Part shown: positions 62,963 through 64,000 of the stretch, piece after piece
How the letters are laid out: every line of letters starts with the position of its first letter
Numbering within the stretch: the first letter of the stretch is position 1
Assembly (NCBI RefSeq): GCF_008831285.2
Contig: NC_045138.2
Coordinates: forward strand, 41,540,001-41,604,000
Direction of reading: 5' to 3'
Origin: Nymphaea colorata
Taxonomy: Eukaryota
Length of the DNA: 64,000 nt
Notes under the pieces: model-generated
Database searches by the model: none
What the model was told of the DNA's origin: nothing
What the model saw: only the letters and a program-made list of their open reading frames with translations
Translations under genes and position numbers: made by a program

Positions 62963-64000
62963 AGTCGTTTTGTTTGTACATCCATTACTCATTGGACTTG
63001 TGTGGTTTAATTTTTTTTTTTTTCAGTTCTCTCTCTCTCTCTCTCCTCCACCACGTGCACGACCTGTACCCTCCCCTTTCTGTCTCCCCCACATTTGGAT
63101 TAACGTATCATATATTATTGCTTTAATACCGATTATATCAACTCTAATTCAAATTGGAATATAGCTTAGTGTGATTAATGACATCTTAAAGTTGGCTTTA
63201 GCTTGCATCTAGAAAAGCTTGGAACCACTTAACAGTCCATAGCATGACACATATATATATATATATATATAAATCTCTGAAATTTTCTCCAAACTCTTCA
63301 TTTTTAAAACTATATTTTTAAAGTCTGTCTCAAACTCCTTTAGAAAACCATGTACTTAATTGTTGAACCTTATATCCGAGTGCTAATGTCAATCATAACG
63401 ACGTGACCAAACACATCTGTCCTCCATCATCTCTCTCTCTCTTACAAGTTCTCTACCTTTTTCCATATGCATAAAATGAAAATATTAATATTTTGTGTTG
63501 TTAGTTCTCTTTTATTTCTAACTAATAAGCCCCTATATCAATTAGTCTCTTTCTCTCTCACTACTTATATTTCAACTTGGGTATTGTATTTATAACACCT
63601 CAGAAATTTAGTTTCGTATTGAAATTGTGATAGATCTTCAAGGGTTTATAAAGAGGATCATAATGAGACGAGCTGAGCTAGAGGATTGAGCATAATTACA
63701 GTGTTTGCCATCATTTGCGGCTCAAAAAGTAATGCAACCTAGCGTGACAACCTTTTGCCACTCATTTTTCATTTCAAATGATGCACAACCAATTACCAAA
63801 CGATGCCTTGTAATTTGTCCAAAATAAATGTTTATGGAGAACCAAGGCAGGCTTAGTTTTACATATATATGATTGAACGCAAGCATTGGAACCACCAACT
63901 AGACATGGACATGAAAGATGGGGAGGGATGTCCCCGAAAGGAAATACTTTATGTAAGCTAGGGCCCTGCCTGGTTGATAACTAGGCACTTCATGGCCTGC

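Overview
Plant (angiosperm) nuclear DNA: AT-rich, with spliceosomal introns and many microsatellites. I rebuilt four protein-coding genes by hand from splice sites and reading-frame continuity. (1) A FAR1-related (Mutator transposase-derived) gene on the minus strand, single coding exon, about 751 aa. (2) A divergently transcribed 11-exon ATG18b-like PROPPIN autophagy gene, about 376 aa. (3) A 4-exon, about 143-aa protein of unknown function with twin CX3CX3C motifs and a probable chloroplast/thylakoid targeting peptide, which the ORF track only partly captures. (4) A 40-exon full-size ABCA1-type ABC transporter on the minus strand spanning 38 kb, about 1916 aa. ABCA1 intron 37 holds a young but defective Ty1/copia element: 249-bp LTRs with 2 mismatches and a TATAT target-site duplication (TSD), apparently nested in the (TA)n tract of an older hAT-type MITE. 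The introns also carry several hAT MITEs with 8-bp TSDs (one with a tRNA-like insert), two solo LTRs, degenerate LINE remnants and local tandem duplications. Two GC-AG introns are predicted. I found no clear-cut novel multi-gene system. The best leads are the uncharacterised Cys-motif protein, the nested elements in ABCA1 intron 37 and several splicing oddities. All assignments come from reading the sequence; no database searches were run.
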